A stretch of 64,000 nucleotides of DNA from Diplonema japonicum (Eukaryota > Protista > Euglenozoa: Diplonemea), in assembly GCA_964019335.1 (NCBI GenBank), contig OZ025683.1, forward strand, positions 525,564 through 589,563, in the 5' to 3' direction. The notes beneath the pieces are model-generated. The model had not been told where the DNA came from. It saw nothing but the letters and a program-made list of their open reading frames with translations, and ran no database searches. Below are positions 21,760-34,369 of the stretch, piece after piece (positions within the stretch are counted from its first letter, which is position 1; each line of letters begins with the position of its first letter). The position numbers and the translations under genes were made by a program.

Positions 21760-21900
21760 TTCAGTCAATTCTAATCATGCTTTGTTTTCTCCGGTGTGGT
21801 CGAAGGGGTCAGGGGGAAATACCATTTCGTGTAAGAGATAGAGGACTATTCTGCCCCCCCCAAAAAAAAAGTCGTCATCTATCAAAACTTACCAATTTGG

Positions 21901-21958
<58 letters not shown>

Positions 21959-23227
21959 GCAAACGATAAACTTGCGAAAAAAGAGGTTGATTCAATTCAA
22001 AAGAAAAAGGGGGCTGGGCGCGCGTGTGCCTGCCTGAGGAACTTGTCCCCCTTTTTTTTTTCCTTTTTTTGTTTAGACAAGTCAGCGACCCCGTTCTTGC
22101 GTAAAACATTAACACGAATAGAAAAGAAAAAAAAAGGAGGGGGGAAATAAAAGAGAACTAAGAAAAGCACTCCTTTCGGGCTACAAAAACAATCTTATTA
22201 ACCTGATACACCGCAGGGCGCAGGGGGGGGGGGGGGGGGGCAGAGGGGGTATACCGTGTTGAAGTTTTGTGCATTTTGAGCACCGGTACCGGGCTTTGTT
22301 CATTGAATTACTTATCACGGTAGGGGGCGGGGACGGAAAAAGGAAAAGCTGCGTTGTGTAAGGGGTTAACATGCCTACGAGTGTGTTTTGCCTTTCTTTT
22401 ATTTTGCCCCCCTCGGTATTTACTTTTTATCTCTCTTTTCTCTTCTGCTTATTCTGATCAAAAAACAAAAAACAAAAAAAAGCAATAACAACAATGAATC
22501 TCTTTGCCCAGCAAAATCTGAGAGGTGATTGCACAAGTCGTACGTTACCACGCGTAGGCCACTGTGGTGGAGGGGGGGGGGGCGGGCAAACGGTGTTTCG
22601 TTTTGTTGTTTCTTTCTTTCCTTTCTTTTCCCCTTTGCTCAGCAAAAAAAAATAATAATAATAAAATATTTATCAATAATAATTTTAAAAAAAAAATGCG
22701 CTCTTTTTCTTTCGCTAGATGTACAGGGGCCAGCTAACCCGCCATGTTCTGGCAGTCGGATGAACAAAAAAAAGGGGGGGGGGGAATGGCAAAGAAAAAA
22801 GTATTTTTTTTTCTGGTCCGTTTCCTTTTTTTTTTCTTTTTTTTTTTTGAAAAAAAAACCTTTCCGTCTCGCATGTCCATGTTTTTTTTTTTTTTTTCTT
22901 TAGAACAGAATACTTTTTTTTCGAAGAAAGCAAAAAAAAAAAAAAAAAAAGAGAAGAACTTTCCCGTCCAAGCTCTAAGACTAACGATTTTTTTTTTTTT
23001 TTTTTTTTTTCGTTTTCGGTTTTCTATGAAAAGAAGTTCGAAATGTAACAAAGTACTTTTCTGCGACTGTTCACACAACAAGAGAAGTTTTATCTTTCCA
23101 GCTGGTTGTAAAAACAAAAAAGGCTCATCAGAGAAACCAGACAGAAAAAAAAGTATTTTGTGGTATTCGTTCTTCCTCTTTTCTAACTCGCTTGCGTATC
23201 TCCATAACCTGTCTGAAAAAAATATAT

Positions 23228-24794
23228 GGGTCGATTTCAAAAACCCCCCAAAATGAGGCCAATTGACACTTTCATTGCATCTTTGGGCATGCCACCCCCT
23301 TTAAAAAAATTTCTCCATATTTCCCGGCCCATATTAGGAAAGAACCCGGGTCAGAAATCGCTCAAGGGTGCTATTTTGACCTATGAAAAATTCAGTCTTA
23401 GGGTTTTAGTGGTTTTGGTAAAGTCAGAGAGCATGCTTTCAATAGCAAGAAATAGTGGAACTCACTGCTAGAAGGTGGCTGAAATGATGTTGGAAGTGGA
23501 AACCTTCATTTCCTAGTCTTCTGCGGCTGAGATGTGCTGCTGCTGAGTGGGCGACCTCGTTTCTTTTTCATACTATAAGGCCTTCTACCGCATTTTGGGG
23601 GGTTTTAAGAGGCTCATTCGTAGGTGTACTTGGTGCTTTGGGCTTGTCATGGGGTGTCGAGTATTTTTGTAATTTGGTTACTATTCTTTCTCGTTTTTCA
23701 AGTCCGGGAAGGCTATCAGGAACGTCCTCATACTCATCACAAGATTCATAGACTGGGGGCCTTTTCTCTGCCCTGTCTGCAGCGAGTTCTTTGATGATGT
23801 ACTTTAGTTCTTTCTAGCTCGTGGACGCGCACGTAGCAATACACCCTCCGGTGTGCTCCTGAGCTCATATGCACCTGTAAAATCCGGAAACTCAAGAATT
23901 TTCTTTTTGTACGGGCCAAAGACATCAGTAACTACATGCACGGCGCACCGTATCGTATTGGTGATGTTAGCTATTTGTTCCACAGTTTTAATTGTTGTGG
24001 AACGAGGCACCCAAACCAAACACGAGAGAGCACACCAAAGTGGCTGTCCCTGTTGTTTTTGCCGTGTTTCTCCCCCAGAAACCACAGGGAAAACGTCCGA
24101 TCGGGATATACATAACGAAGACCAAAAAGAACAAAGTAGCAAAATTCCTTTGCACGAAAGTGACGCCCTCCGTCAGTCCAGAGTATCCACTCCATTTTTT
24201 TCTTTATTTTTTTCTGTGCCCATGCTGTGGAACAAGACTTTTCCAACAGTAAGGCCAGCTGCCCTTATTTCATCATGTGTGATGTGGTCAAGCCTCATGC
24301 CTCTGACCAATTGGCGCCGTGTGGTGTCTTGTTGGCTACTAAATCAACCAGAAAATGATAGCAGAAGTGCCGCTAGAAGTTCCCCTTTACACACTACACC
24401 ACAAACTAGTGCAGCACAGTCGTTGCCACTGAGCTTCTCAAAAACCTCTGTGGCGAGTGTGCCTGATCACCGTGGTGTTCCCATTTACCCTTTCTCGGTC
24501 CGAATACCATTTTTTTTTCACCCCTAGCTTCTCAACAGCAAGTTTAAAAGCATCCATTTTTGTCACCCCCTCTTTTACTGAATTTGTGCAAAGTGAAAAA
24601 ACCCATTTTTGCCCCTAGGACTGAATTTTCTGGGTACCAGTAACACTCACTTTCCCATTTTCTGGGGTGTTTTCTTTCCTAACCTGGGCCGGGAAAGTTG
24701 TAGAATTTTTTTTTTTTGGGGAAAAAGTACTTAGAGAAATATTGAAAGTGTCAATTGGCCTCATTTTTTTGGGGGGGGGTTTTGAAACGATGCC
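23228..24794 (-). mobile_element. Defective Sola-like (Sola2-type) DNA transposon with long imperfect TIRs and ATAT TSD
   Basis: The left end GGGTCGATTTCAAAAACCCCCCAAAATGAGGCCAATTGACACTTTCA is mirrored by TGAAAGTGTCAATTGGCCTCATTTT...GGGGTTTTGAAACGATGCC. A further inverted block is TTTCCCGGCCCA..TTAGGAAAGAA. ATAT at 23224-23227 and 24795-24798. Confidence 0.85.
23971..24246 (-). pseudogene. Transposase catalytic-core remnant (Sola-like)
   Basis: WTDGGRHFR...FLGEKHGKNNRDSHFG matches the SDxxxxQF/YK...HGKxxxD pattern of Sola-type DDD transposases; the surrounding frame is broken. Confidence 0.7.
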
Positions 24795-25378
24795 ATATTT
24801 AGAAGAGGGAGCTGACGGGTTTTAGGGTATGCAACGAATGCCTTTTTGTGACATCTCCGGACGGAAAAAGTTTGTAGTCTTTTATATCCCCCCCTCCAAA
24901 AAAAAGAAAGAAAAATTCTCTCCCTCCCCGATCAACAATACGGGGGGAACTGTTGCATTTTTTTTGTTTCATTAATTTCCCTTTATTTGACCTCTCTCTC
25001 TCCCCCCCCCCCCCCCCCCCCCCCCCTCAATGATTCTCTGATATTGTTTTCTTTCAGACATAACAAAACTATCTTTCTTTTATCTCATTAGAAAAAAAAA
25101 AGAAAGCGCAGTTGACCTGGTAAACGTTGTTTTAACAAGCCCCCAATAAAGCAAAAAAAAAGAATAAATAATGAAATATACGGTGAACCCCTCCCCTTAG
25201 GTGACAACGACAAGCCGTGGGAAGCACCGGGCTGGGTGGTGACAATGAAAGAAAAAGAACTTTAAATAAAAAAAAAAAGAATAAAATGAATCTACTTTTT
25301 GTGGTTTTGGTACAAATGTGTTCCTTTTCCGGTGTGTGAGAGCATAAGGATAATGTTAGTTAAGATAAGTTTTTAGGC

Positions 25379-25413
<35 letters not shown>

Positions 25414-26390
25414 TTGTTGACTTCTTCTTTAAACAAGACATCTAAGGAACCTCTCATACGTAGATTCAAGACAACCAAGAAGGGTGATTCTTCCCTCTGA
25501 TCAGAGGAAAGGAGGAAGAAAGTTTGTTTTTTTTTTTTCTTTTTTTTTTTTCCCCTTTACTTATTTGTGATGATGTCGTAAGAAGTGTTAAAATGAATGC
25601 TGGCAGCGAAATGAGTTATAAATGATCACTTTTTTGCGAGGAGACATTTTGCACCGTTTCGCAGCCACAAAGGGATGCCATGGCCTATTCTTTTTTATTC
25701 TTCCTGGGGAAGCATTTCGAATATTAAAAAAAAAAGGGTTTTTTTTTATTCCGCGAGAAAAAGAAAAGAGTGGGGATGCCCTCCTGTGGTCGTTGCTGAC
25801 ACGTCTCACCTATCTGGTGGGGAATATTTTTTTTTTTGTCTCTTCTGTTTTACTTTCTTTACTTTCTTGTTATGGTTTGCTTTCTTTCTTTCTTCGCACG
25901 CCATGCTATCGAGATTGTTAAAAAGGAGGAACTTTCAACTACAGTGAAAATCTTTAAAAAAAAAAAAAAAAAGAAATGTTTGGTGCGACATAGTCCCGTG
26001 CAGGCGCAGGGGTGTGCACGTGCACAGGTCGGCGATCTTCATGCACAGGGTACACAGGGGTTTGTAGTTGGAACCGGTTCCTTGGATCGACAGCTCCCCG
26101 GTCGTATTCAGCCGCATCGAAGGGGCAGTAGATCTGTTGGGTCCGTCGGGAGTAGCGTTGCGGTTGCAGAACCTGGGCAGCTCACTTCACTCATGGTGGC
26201 GCACTCAACGACATAAGGGGCGGGGCTGCAGCGTACCATTCGGCTGTTTGGCACTGCTCGGCGCACACCGACCACAAATGGCTGGTGCAAGACCACGTCA
26301 GCAGGACAATCTGCACCCGTACACGGCTTCCAGCCCATGCTCATATTTGGGATCCAGCCCCTTGTTCATCGTCGATGTCGATCATGGGAC

Positions 26391-26520
26391 GGTACATACC
26401 TGATTGGTGTAGGGTACACACCTGATTGGTGTAGGGTACATACCTTATTGGTGTTCTGGCCTCCGACATATTAACGGTCCTGGCTTGTGCTGCGCTTGCA
26501 TAAGCCTTTCTTTTTTTGTT
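26391..26520. repeat. TE-like dispersed fragment with a 21-bp tandem triplication; homologous to 45803-45970
   Basis: GGTACATACCTGATTGGTGT(A) occurs three times. The blocks CCGACATATxAACGGTCCT and GTGCTGCGCTTGC are shared with the 45.8-kb region. Confidence 0.75.
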
Positions 26521-26994
26521 CTTCGAAGGATGCATGGTGACGGGATTGAAGGTACACAAGAGACGGGTTTCACGCTTTTCATCTCGCTACAAGATGAAAT
26601 GAAGAATCGTCATACTCGAATTCGTCATACGGATTCTTTTTCTAAAGATGACAGTGAATTCTTTTTGCAGCGTGTGCAGACACCTCGCGCATTATTGTGT
26701 ACACAAGCACTGAAAGAGACAAATGGGGGAGGGGGGGAAAGAAAAGACAAAGGAAAGCTTTGCTTACCTTGTTTTGTTTCTTTTGCTTTCTTTTTTGCAC
26801 TTTCTCTCGTCTTCATATAACGACGTTTCGAATTCTTAATTTTTTTTTTTTTTTTCGCGACGGAACTTTGTGTGTTTCCCATTTTTCATCTCACCCCAGG
26901 TTTATAACCCAACAAAACCACTCGTACACAAAAAAAAAAAAAAAAAAAAGAAGAAACCTCCTTTTCGTGTGAAGCCAAACAAAAAGCGGAAGAA

Positions 26995-29900
26995 ATGAGA
27001 AGAATCTTGCAGACAGCACTGCTGGGGTTGACTGTTGCTGCGCTCCTTGCAGGGGCGCAGGACACAGCGCCCTCAACAACATCGACCTCTGAGCCGCTGA
27101 CGGTGACGTCGTTGGCCACGTCGCTGGCGGACACGGTGGACGCCTTCAGGGGGGCCGTGGCGGACGCCCTTGCGGACAGGGCGGACGAGGTGCTGGAGGC
27201 CCTCGGGGTGCAGGAGACGATTGAGGCGGTGACAGGGGCCCTCGACCAGCTGAACACCCTGAAGGACAAGGCGGTGGAGGCGGCGGACGGGTTGATGGAG
27301 TTCTTCGAAGACACCGCAACGGTCGAGACCTTCCTGGCCGACATCCCCAACCTCGCGAACAGCCTGAAGCCCTACATCCGCACCTTCTCCGGGCAGTGCA
27401 ACGCGACGACCGCCTCGGCGAACAGGGCGGCGATGCTCCTCGAAGCGCAGCAGAACCACCAGAAGCGGAGGATGGTGAAGCCTCTGGAGGACTGCTGTGC
27501 GATCGGGTACCTCTGCGCCTCGAAAGCGAACGGGAACTTCGGGTGCCCGCTCTTCACGGTGACGATCGGCTTCAGTGTCGCGTACGAGGGGCTGAAGGTA
27601 GGGAACTTCCAGTTCACCCCCTCTGTTGGGCTTGGGTGGAGCATCGGGTTGGAGGCTGTCCCGGGTGGAAGGGCAAACCTCTTTACGGGTCTGGGTCTTG
27701 GATGGGGTGCAGGCATTAACTACGAGAAGGAAACTGCTACTCCTGTTCCTACTCCAGTTCCGACTCCTGTTCCTACTCCTGTCCCTACTCCAGTTCCTAC
27801 ACCAGTTCCCACTCCCGTCCCAACTCCAGTTCCCACTCCTGTCCCTACTCCGGTTCCTACACCAGTTCCCACTCCTGTCCCAACTCCAGTTCCCACTCCT
27901 GTCCCTACTCCGGTTCCTACACCAGTTCCTACTCCTGTCCCAACTCCAGTTCCTACTCCTGTCCCTACTCCGGTTCCTACACCAGTTCCCACTCCTGTCC
28001 CAACTCCAGTTCCCACTCCTGTCCCTACTCCGGTTCCTACACCAGTTCCTACTCCGGTTCCCACTCCTGTCCCTACTCCGGTTCCTACACCAGTTCCCAC
28101 TCCTGTCCCAACTCCAGTTCCTACTCCTGTCCCTACTCCAGTTCCTACACCAGTTCCCACTCCTGTCCCAACTCCAGTTCCTACTCCTGTTCCTCGTACC
28201 CCTGCTCCTCCTACTTTTGCTCCCGGCACCCCTGCCCCTCCCACCCCTGCTGGGTGCACTAGCGACAACGACTGCGGACTGAACGAGATGTGCGAGAATG
28301 GGGTGTGCGTGGAAACCTCCGTTGGGCTCCACAGGGGAAAGGTTCTGTCTGTGGAGAAAGAGAGGGATGGGAAGGTGCTGTTTCGGAGGAGGACGAGGGC
28401 ACGTTCGAGCGAGAAAACGGGCGAGAAGGGCTTCTTCGCCAACACGCTGTTCGAGGTGTCGCTGTCGGTGGAGTGGTTCGCGAGCGCGGGGGCCTTCAGC
28501 GGGTTCGCCTTCGAGGTCGGGATCGACATGCCTGCCATCATCTCGTCGACTGTGGGGTTGTATCGGCGAGCACCTGGTGGGAGAACGTGCTGTTCGGAGG
28601 ATTCGGGGTGAGCTTGAAGTCGTGGGGGAAGCACATCTTCACGAAGAAGAACAGGGATGCTATTAAGGACATGGACTTCGCGCTGGACGGACTAACGGGG
28701 AAGATCAGAGACGCGATCAAAGAGCTCCCGAGCTCCTGGTTGAGCCAGAAGAGAAACTCCACCACGAGCGCAAAGGGGAACAAGTGGTCCGGGATCGGGT
28801 TCAGCTTGGGGATGGCAGTGACGCTGGAGGACTCTAACGAGGGGGCGAGTGTGGCTTACGACCCTGCTGCGTGCCCGATGAACTCCACTGCGAGCACCGA
28901 CACGAAGGCACGCACGTACACGACGACAACCAGCAGCAGCAGCAGCATAAACACTACCACCACCACAAAGCACAGCACAAGAGAGCTTTTGGACGCCTCG
29001 TCAGACCTCGGAGACTTCTTGGAGCTCATCAAACCGATTGTGCAGAAGGGAGAGATGACGATGCCCTTCTGCCTCGGAAACTGCGCTGCCCCAACGCCGA
29101 CGGCGACGGTGTCCGGAACGGGTCGGATCGGGCAAGCCCCCGCATGCGACGGGGTGGAGGCGAGCGTCTGGGTGGACCAACTGACAGTGGCGAACGTTGC
29201 CTACTTGGTGACGAGCAGCTTCGACGAGGGGGTGGCGCAGGTGCTGGACACGGCCCTGTCGCCCATCCTGTCCTTCGGGATCAAGGACACGAAGCTCGCG
29301 CTGGCGATGACGACCTCGGGGGTGAAGCTGTACGCGATCGGGTCGCCGAAGCTCCCGGACATCCTGGAGGGAGACTTCTTGGAGGTGGTGGGAGACGTGA
29401 CGGAGAACTTCCGGGTGTCAGCGAGCGCGGAGCTGCACTTCTCCGGGTCGGCCTTGCTGGAGCTGCGGATCGGGACGGACCCGGATACCTCGGAGAGCAA
29501 CTTCGCGGTGGTGAACGTGGCGGGGACGCTCGGGATGAGCATCTACGTGCAGTACGAGCACGTGTTCTCGGGGGGTCTGCCACTGTCGAAGCTCGGGGTG
29601 AACATCCCGCTGAAGATCTGCGTGGAGCGGTGCGACGGGGCCTACGCGGACCGGTACTTCCTGTTCTTGATCGGGGACCTGTCGCTGGTGGTGAGCCCGA
29701 CGGCGCAGCTGGTGCGCGGGTCGCTGAAGCTGGACGGGTGGTGGAACAACGCCCTGGGGCTTCCCTTCCTGCAGATAGGGGACATCATCCTCGGGGTGGA
29801 GTGGGATTTGAAGTCCCCGCTCCCGTCCGGGTTCGTGCTCGGCGGGGCGGTGTGCCTCGGGAAGGTGCAAAACTGCAAGACGCGGACACAGCCCTACATC

Positions 29901-32900
29901 GAGGGTCGCACCTACGTCGGGGTGAGCAGCACGGTTCCCGAGGACAACTTCTTCATCGCGATGGTATCGGAGCTCACGATCGGCGGGATCATCGGGGTCT
30001 TGTCGGACTTCGTGCCCGGGCTGGACGGGTTGGTGATCCCCGGGAAGCTTGCGGAGTCCGGGATCTACCCCTTCGACAGGGACTACAAGACGAAGTGCGC
30101 GGGGATGCTGGGGGGCTACGCGAACGAGACGACTCTGGACCTGGAGTGCTTCGCCTTCTTCTCCTTCAGCCCGATCAAGGAGCAGAGGCTGACCTTCCGG
30201 AGCGGCGACGTGGTGATCCCGGCGGGGGTCGCCCTGCAGGGGCGCCTGAACTTCCTCGGCTGGGAGATCGCGATCGACCTCGCTGTGAGCAAGACGCGCT
30301 TCTACATCGACGCCTGGATGGACCCGGTGGACCTGAGGATCGGGGCCTTCCAGCTCCGCATCGGGAACCGCCTGGAGAACAAGGTGGCGGTGGGCGGGGC
30401 GAAGTTCCTGGTGGACCTGCAGGTGGCGCCGTCCCCGAAAGCCCTGATCGACATCGGGGGAGCCTTCGACATCCCGATGCTGAAGTCGTACGGCTACCTG
30501 AACGTGACCCTGAACGCGGAGATCTTTTCCTTCCGCGCAGGGATCGACCTCTTCGACGGGGCGCTGTCCTCGCACGTGAGCGTAACCTGGAACTGGGACC
30601 TCACCTACTTCAGGATGGAGCTGCGGGACATGAACTTTTTAGAGATCGTGAAGATTCGGCAGGTGCTCTTCATGTACGACACGAGCCGCCCGATCCCGTA
30701 CGCCATCTTCTCCTGCGACATCCAGGTCCTGTTCATCAACCTGCGGGCGAGGGTGGAGGTGAACGGGAACGTGGTTAACTTCGCGGTGACGCTGGACTTG
30801 TCGCTGGTGGAGACGACGGTGAGCGGACGGGCGGTGGTTGCCTCGAGCTTCGAGGACTCGGAGTTCGACATCTCGGTGTCGGTGTCTTTGGGGGACCTCG
30901 GGCAGAAGATCGTGGACGGGATCAACGTGGCTGTGAAGGCGGTGGCGAAGGCGGTGACTGAGGCGTGGAACTACGTGTCGGAGAAGGTGACGCAGCTGTG
31001 GAACAACATCGTGAACATCTTTGAGACGGCCCTGAACTACATCAAGGAGGCGGTGACGGAGTTCCTGAACAACGTGGCGGAGGTGATCCGGAACGTGGTG
31101 GAGGTGCTGAAGAAGGTTCCGATCCTGGGGGACCTGATCCGGGCGGCGGAGAGGCTCTTCCAAGGGGACTTCGAAGGGGCAGCAAAGGCCCTTGGGAGCG
31201 CGATCGGGATCTTTTACACGGAGGGGCATACGGTGGTGGACGCGGGAGGCAGGAACGAGTACGGGTGCAAGTACGTGCAGGAGAGATGGGTGGAGTGCTG
31301 GTGCCACCTGTTCTGTTTCTTTGGGAGGACCTGCTACACGAAGTACGGGCCTAGGTACGCGGGCCCGCAGTGCATGGAAGAGGTGGCCCTTGCTGCGGGG
31401 GAGGTGAAGACGAAGTCGGACGAGATGTCGCAGAAGACGAAGGTTGTGGACGGGTCGAAGGGTGAGAACCCGGGGCTGCAAAACGTCGACTCGGGGATGG
31501 AGGTCCCGATGCCCTCTCTGGAGACGACGACGGTGATGGTACCATTCGGGACGGACGCGGCGGCGGCCTCGGGGTCGGGCTTCAGGGGCGGGGTGCGCAC
31601 CTACGGGGGGGAGGGAACCGGGGGCGGGCTGTCCAGCTCGGAGGAGATGGTGACGCTGGACGACATGCCGTACGACTTCAGCAGCCAGGCGAGCTACGAG
31701 GCGAGCGTGGAGAACACGCAGAACAGAATGGTGTCGAAGATGGCGGACAAGGCGCTGGAGAACCAGGCCCTCCTCACGAACGACATCAGCACGGAGGCAG
31801 GGAAGGTGGTGCGGAGGCGCCCGGTCCTCGGAGGGGCCACCTCCTACACCTTCCGCTGCGACCAGGAGATCAACCTGGAGAGCCTGAAGCCGCTCCCTTG
31901 GTTCATCGACCCCGCGTGCACGGCAGGGGCGGAGGTGAAGCTTTTGAACCAGCGTATGCTCCCCGTGGCAGGCTTCCCGAACAGGATGTGCGGGTCTTCC
32001 TTCATGGAGGTGACGTGGCGGCTCCACGACAACCCGGTGTGCGGCGGGATCTCGGACACCGTGGCGCAGATCGTGACTTTGGAACCGGCCCCGCCCGCTT
32101 TTGTGTCCTCTTTCCCCGCCGATGTGCGCGTGACCACAGAGCAGACGACGGACCCGATGGATCTCGGGGTGGCGGAGGGGATGTCCCCCTGCAGGCAGGA
32201 GTTCGACATCTTCTACGTGGACAGCGACCCGGTCCCTGTGGCGGAGTCGAACGGGAAGGAGTGGACCGTCAGCCGTGTGTGGTCCATCGTCCCCTTCTTC
32301 AAGACGTCGGTGTGCAGCGGGGCCACCGCCTCAGGCAGCAACAGAACGCAGACCATCACTGTCGTGGACGAGACTACTCCTGCTCCTCCCACCCAGCAAC
32401 CTACCACCGCTGCCCCTGAAACTTCCGCAAACAACATCGTCAACGAGGACAGCAGGCTCATCGCCTCCGTCGGGAACTGGTTGGCGTGTCCGACAGACGC
32501 GCAGATGGAGGCCTACACACACATCGTCGTGTCCTTTGCGGTGACCTACACCTGGGGTGCAACGAAAAACCAGTGCAACGAGCAGTGCGACATCCTGACA
32601 CCCGTTGCGGTGTGCGGGAATGCCCCACATGCGGAGCTCGTGGCGAAGTGGAAGGCCGCGGGGAAGAAGGTGATCCTCTCCTTCGGCGGGGCGGGGATGG
32701 GGGGCTCGTGGGACGGGCTGAACGACTGCTGGGAGCACTGCTTCGGGAAGGAGGAGCACCTGGCGCAGCAGCTGGCGAACATCGCGGGCACGCAAGGCTT
32801 CGACGGGATCGACATCGACTACCTGTACTACTACGAGGACGGACAGCGCAACACGTCCTTCTCGAAGGGAGCACAGGCACAGACCTTCTTGAAGGAGACA

Positions 32901-34318
32901 ACCCTGAAGCTGAGGGAGAAGCTCCCCGCCGGAAGCCTCGTGACCCACTCCCCTGCGGACAGCGACCTCGTGAAGGGGACAGGCTACTTCGAGGTGATAC
33001 GGGAGGTGGCTGCCTCTGTGGACTTCATCATGCCGCAGTACTACAACGGGGTGACGCGCCCCAACACGGACGGGATCAACGGCGGCGTCTCCCCCTCCGC
33101 CCTGGCGCACCTCAGGACCCTCGTGACGGACATCTTCGGGAGCAACCCGACGAAGGTGGTGTTCGGCTTCTGCATCAGCGGGTGCGGGGAGTTCAGCAGC
33201 AACGCGCAGCAGGCTGTCAGCGTGATGAACGAGCTGAAGGAGGCGTACCCCTGCAACGGGGGGGCCTTCTTCTGGAACGCTGCGGACGACGCGAACGGCA
33301 CCTGGTCTCGTCCCCTCTCTGAAGAGGCCATCAGTCCCTCGAAAGGGTGCAGTGTAGGTGGGATCCCCCTCCCCCCGCCTCCTCCTCCTCCACCCCTCGT
33401 CACAGCCGTGGACAGCAGGCTCATTGCCACCCTCGGGAACTGGCAGACGCGCAAATGGAGGCCTACACACATGTCTTGGTTTCCTTCGCGGTGACCTACA
33501 CCTGGGGCTCCAGGGAGAACCAGTGCAACGAGCAGTGCGACATCCTGACACCCGTTGCGGTGTGCGGGAACGCCCCACATGCGGAGCTCGTGGCGAAGTG
33601 GAAAGCGGCCGGGAAGAAGGTGATCCTCTCCTTCGGCGGGGCGGGGATGGGGGGCTCGTGGGACGGGCTGAACGACTGCTGGGAGCACTGCTTCGGGAAG
33701 GAGGAGCACCTGGCGCAGCAGCTGGCGGACATCGCGGCGGCGCAGGGCTTCGACGGGATCGACATCGACTACCTGTACTACTACGAGGACGGACAGCGCA
33801 ACACGTCCTTCTCGAAGGGAGCACAGGCACAGACCTTCCTGAAGGAGACAACCCTGAAGCTGAGGGAGAAGCTCCCCGCCGGAAGCCTCGTGACCCACTC
33901 CCCTGCGGACAGCGACCTCGTGAAGGGGACAGGCTACTTCGAGGTGATGCGGGAGGTGGCTGCCTCTGTGGACTTCATCATGCCGCAGTACTACAACGGG
34001 GTGACGCGCCCCAACACGGACGGGATCAACGGCGGCGCCTTCGACTCCGCCCTGGCGCACCTCAGGACCCTCGTGACGGACATCTTCGGGAGCGACCCGA
34101 CGAAGGTGGTGTTCGGCTTCTGCATCAGCGGGTGCGGGGGCACCTCGTCCAACAGCAACGCGCAGCAGGCTGTCAGCGTGATGAACGAGCTGAAGGAGGC
34201 GTACCCCTGCAACGGGGGGGCCTTCTTCTGGAACGCTGCCCACGACATGATGGGTGCCTGGTCTCGTTCTGTGGCGGAGGCCATCAGCCCCTCGAGGGGG
34301 TGCAAGGTGCCCGTGTAG
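26995..34318 (+). CDS. Giant secreted modular protein (signal peptide, (TPVP)n stalk, beta-rich core, HYR-like repeats, two GH18 chitinase-like domains) broken by two frameshifts; possibly a pseudogene
   Basis: ORFs 26995-28611, 28290-33494 and 33347-34318 join with one added G at the G-run near 28554-28557 and restoration of 13 nt near 33443. GH18 motifs [29 protein letters not shown] and GGAFFW occur in both domains. Confidence 0.8.
27739..28194 (+). repeat. 38 x 12-bp coding repeat (Thr-Pro-Val-Pro) with 60-bp higher-order periodicity
   Basis: ACNCCNGTNCCN units; synonymous variants recur every 60 bp. Confidence 0.95.
32447..34305 (+). repeat. Recent tandem duplication of the ~900-bp GH18 domain (about 32447-33350 and 33410-34305)
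   Basis: Near-identical nucleotide sequence between the two domains. Confidence 0.95.
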
Positions 34319-34369
34319 GGAACGAGAAACAGGAAAATAATAATAGAAAATAAGATGAATAATGAATAT

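Noticed and set aside
13400-26990. Many Phe/Lys-rich ORFs in intergenic DNA (also 35.4-37.2 kb and 63.5-64 kb)
   Set aside because: They are translations of poly-T and poly-A homopolymers with no coding bias.
27073-34353. Long alternative-frame and antisense ORFs (e.g. 28871-30778, 30639-32027, 27720-28634; also 10535-11467)
   Set aside because: They are shadows of high-GC3 or repetitive coding sequence in the real frame.
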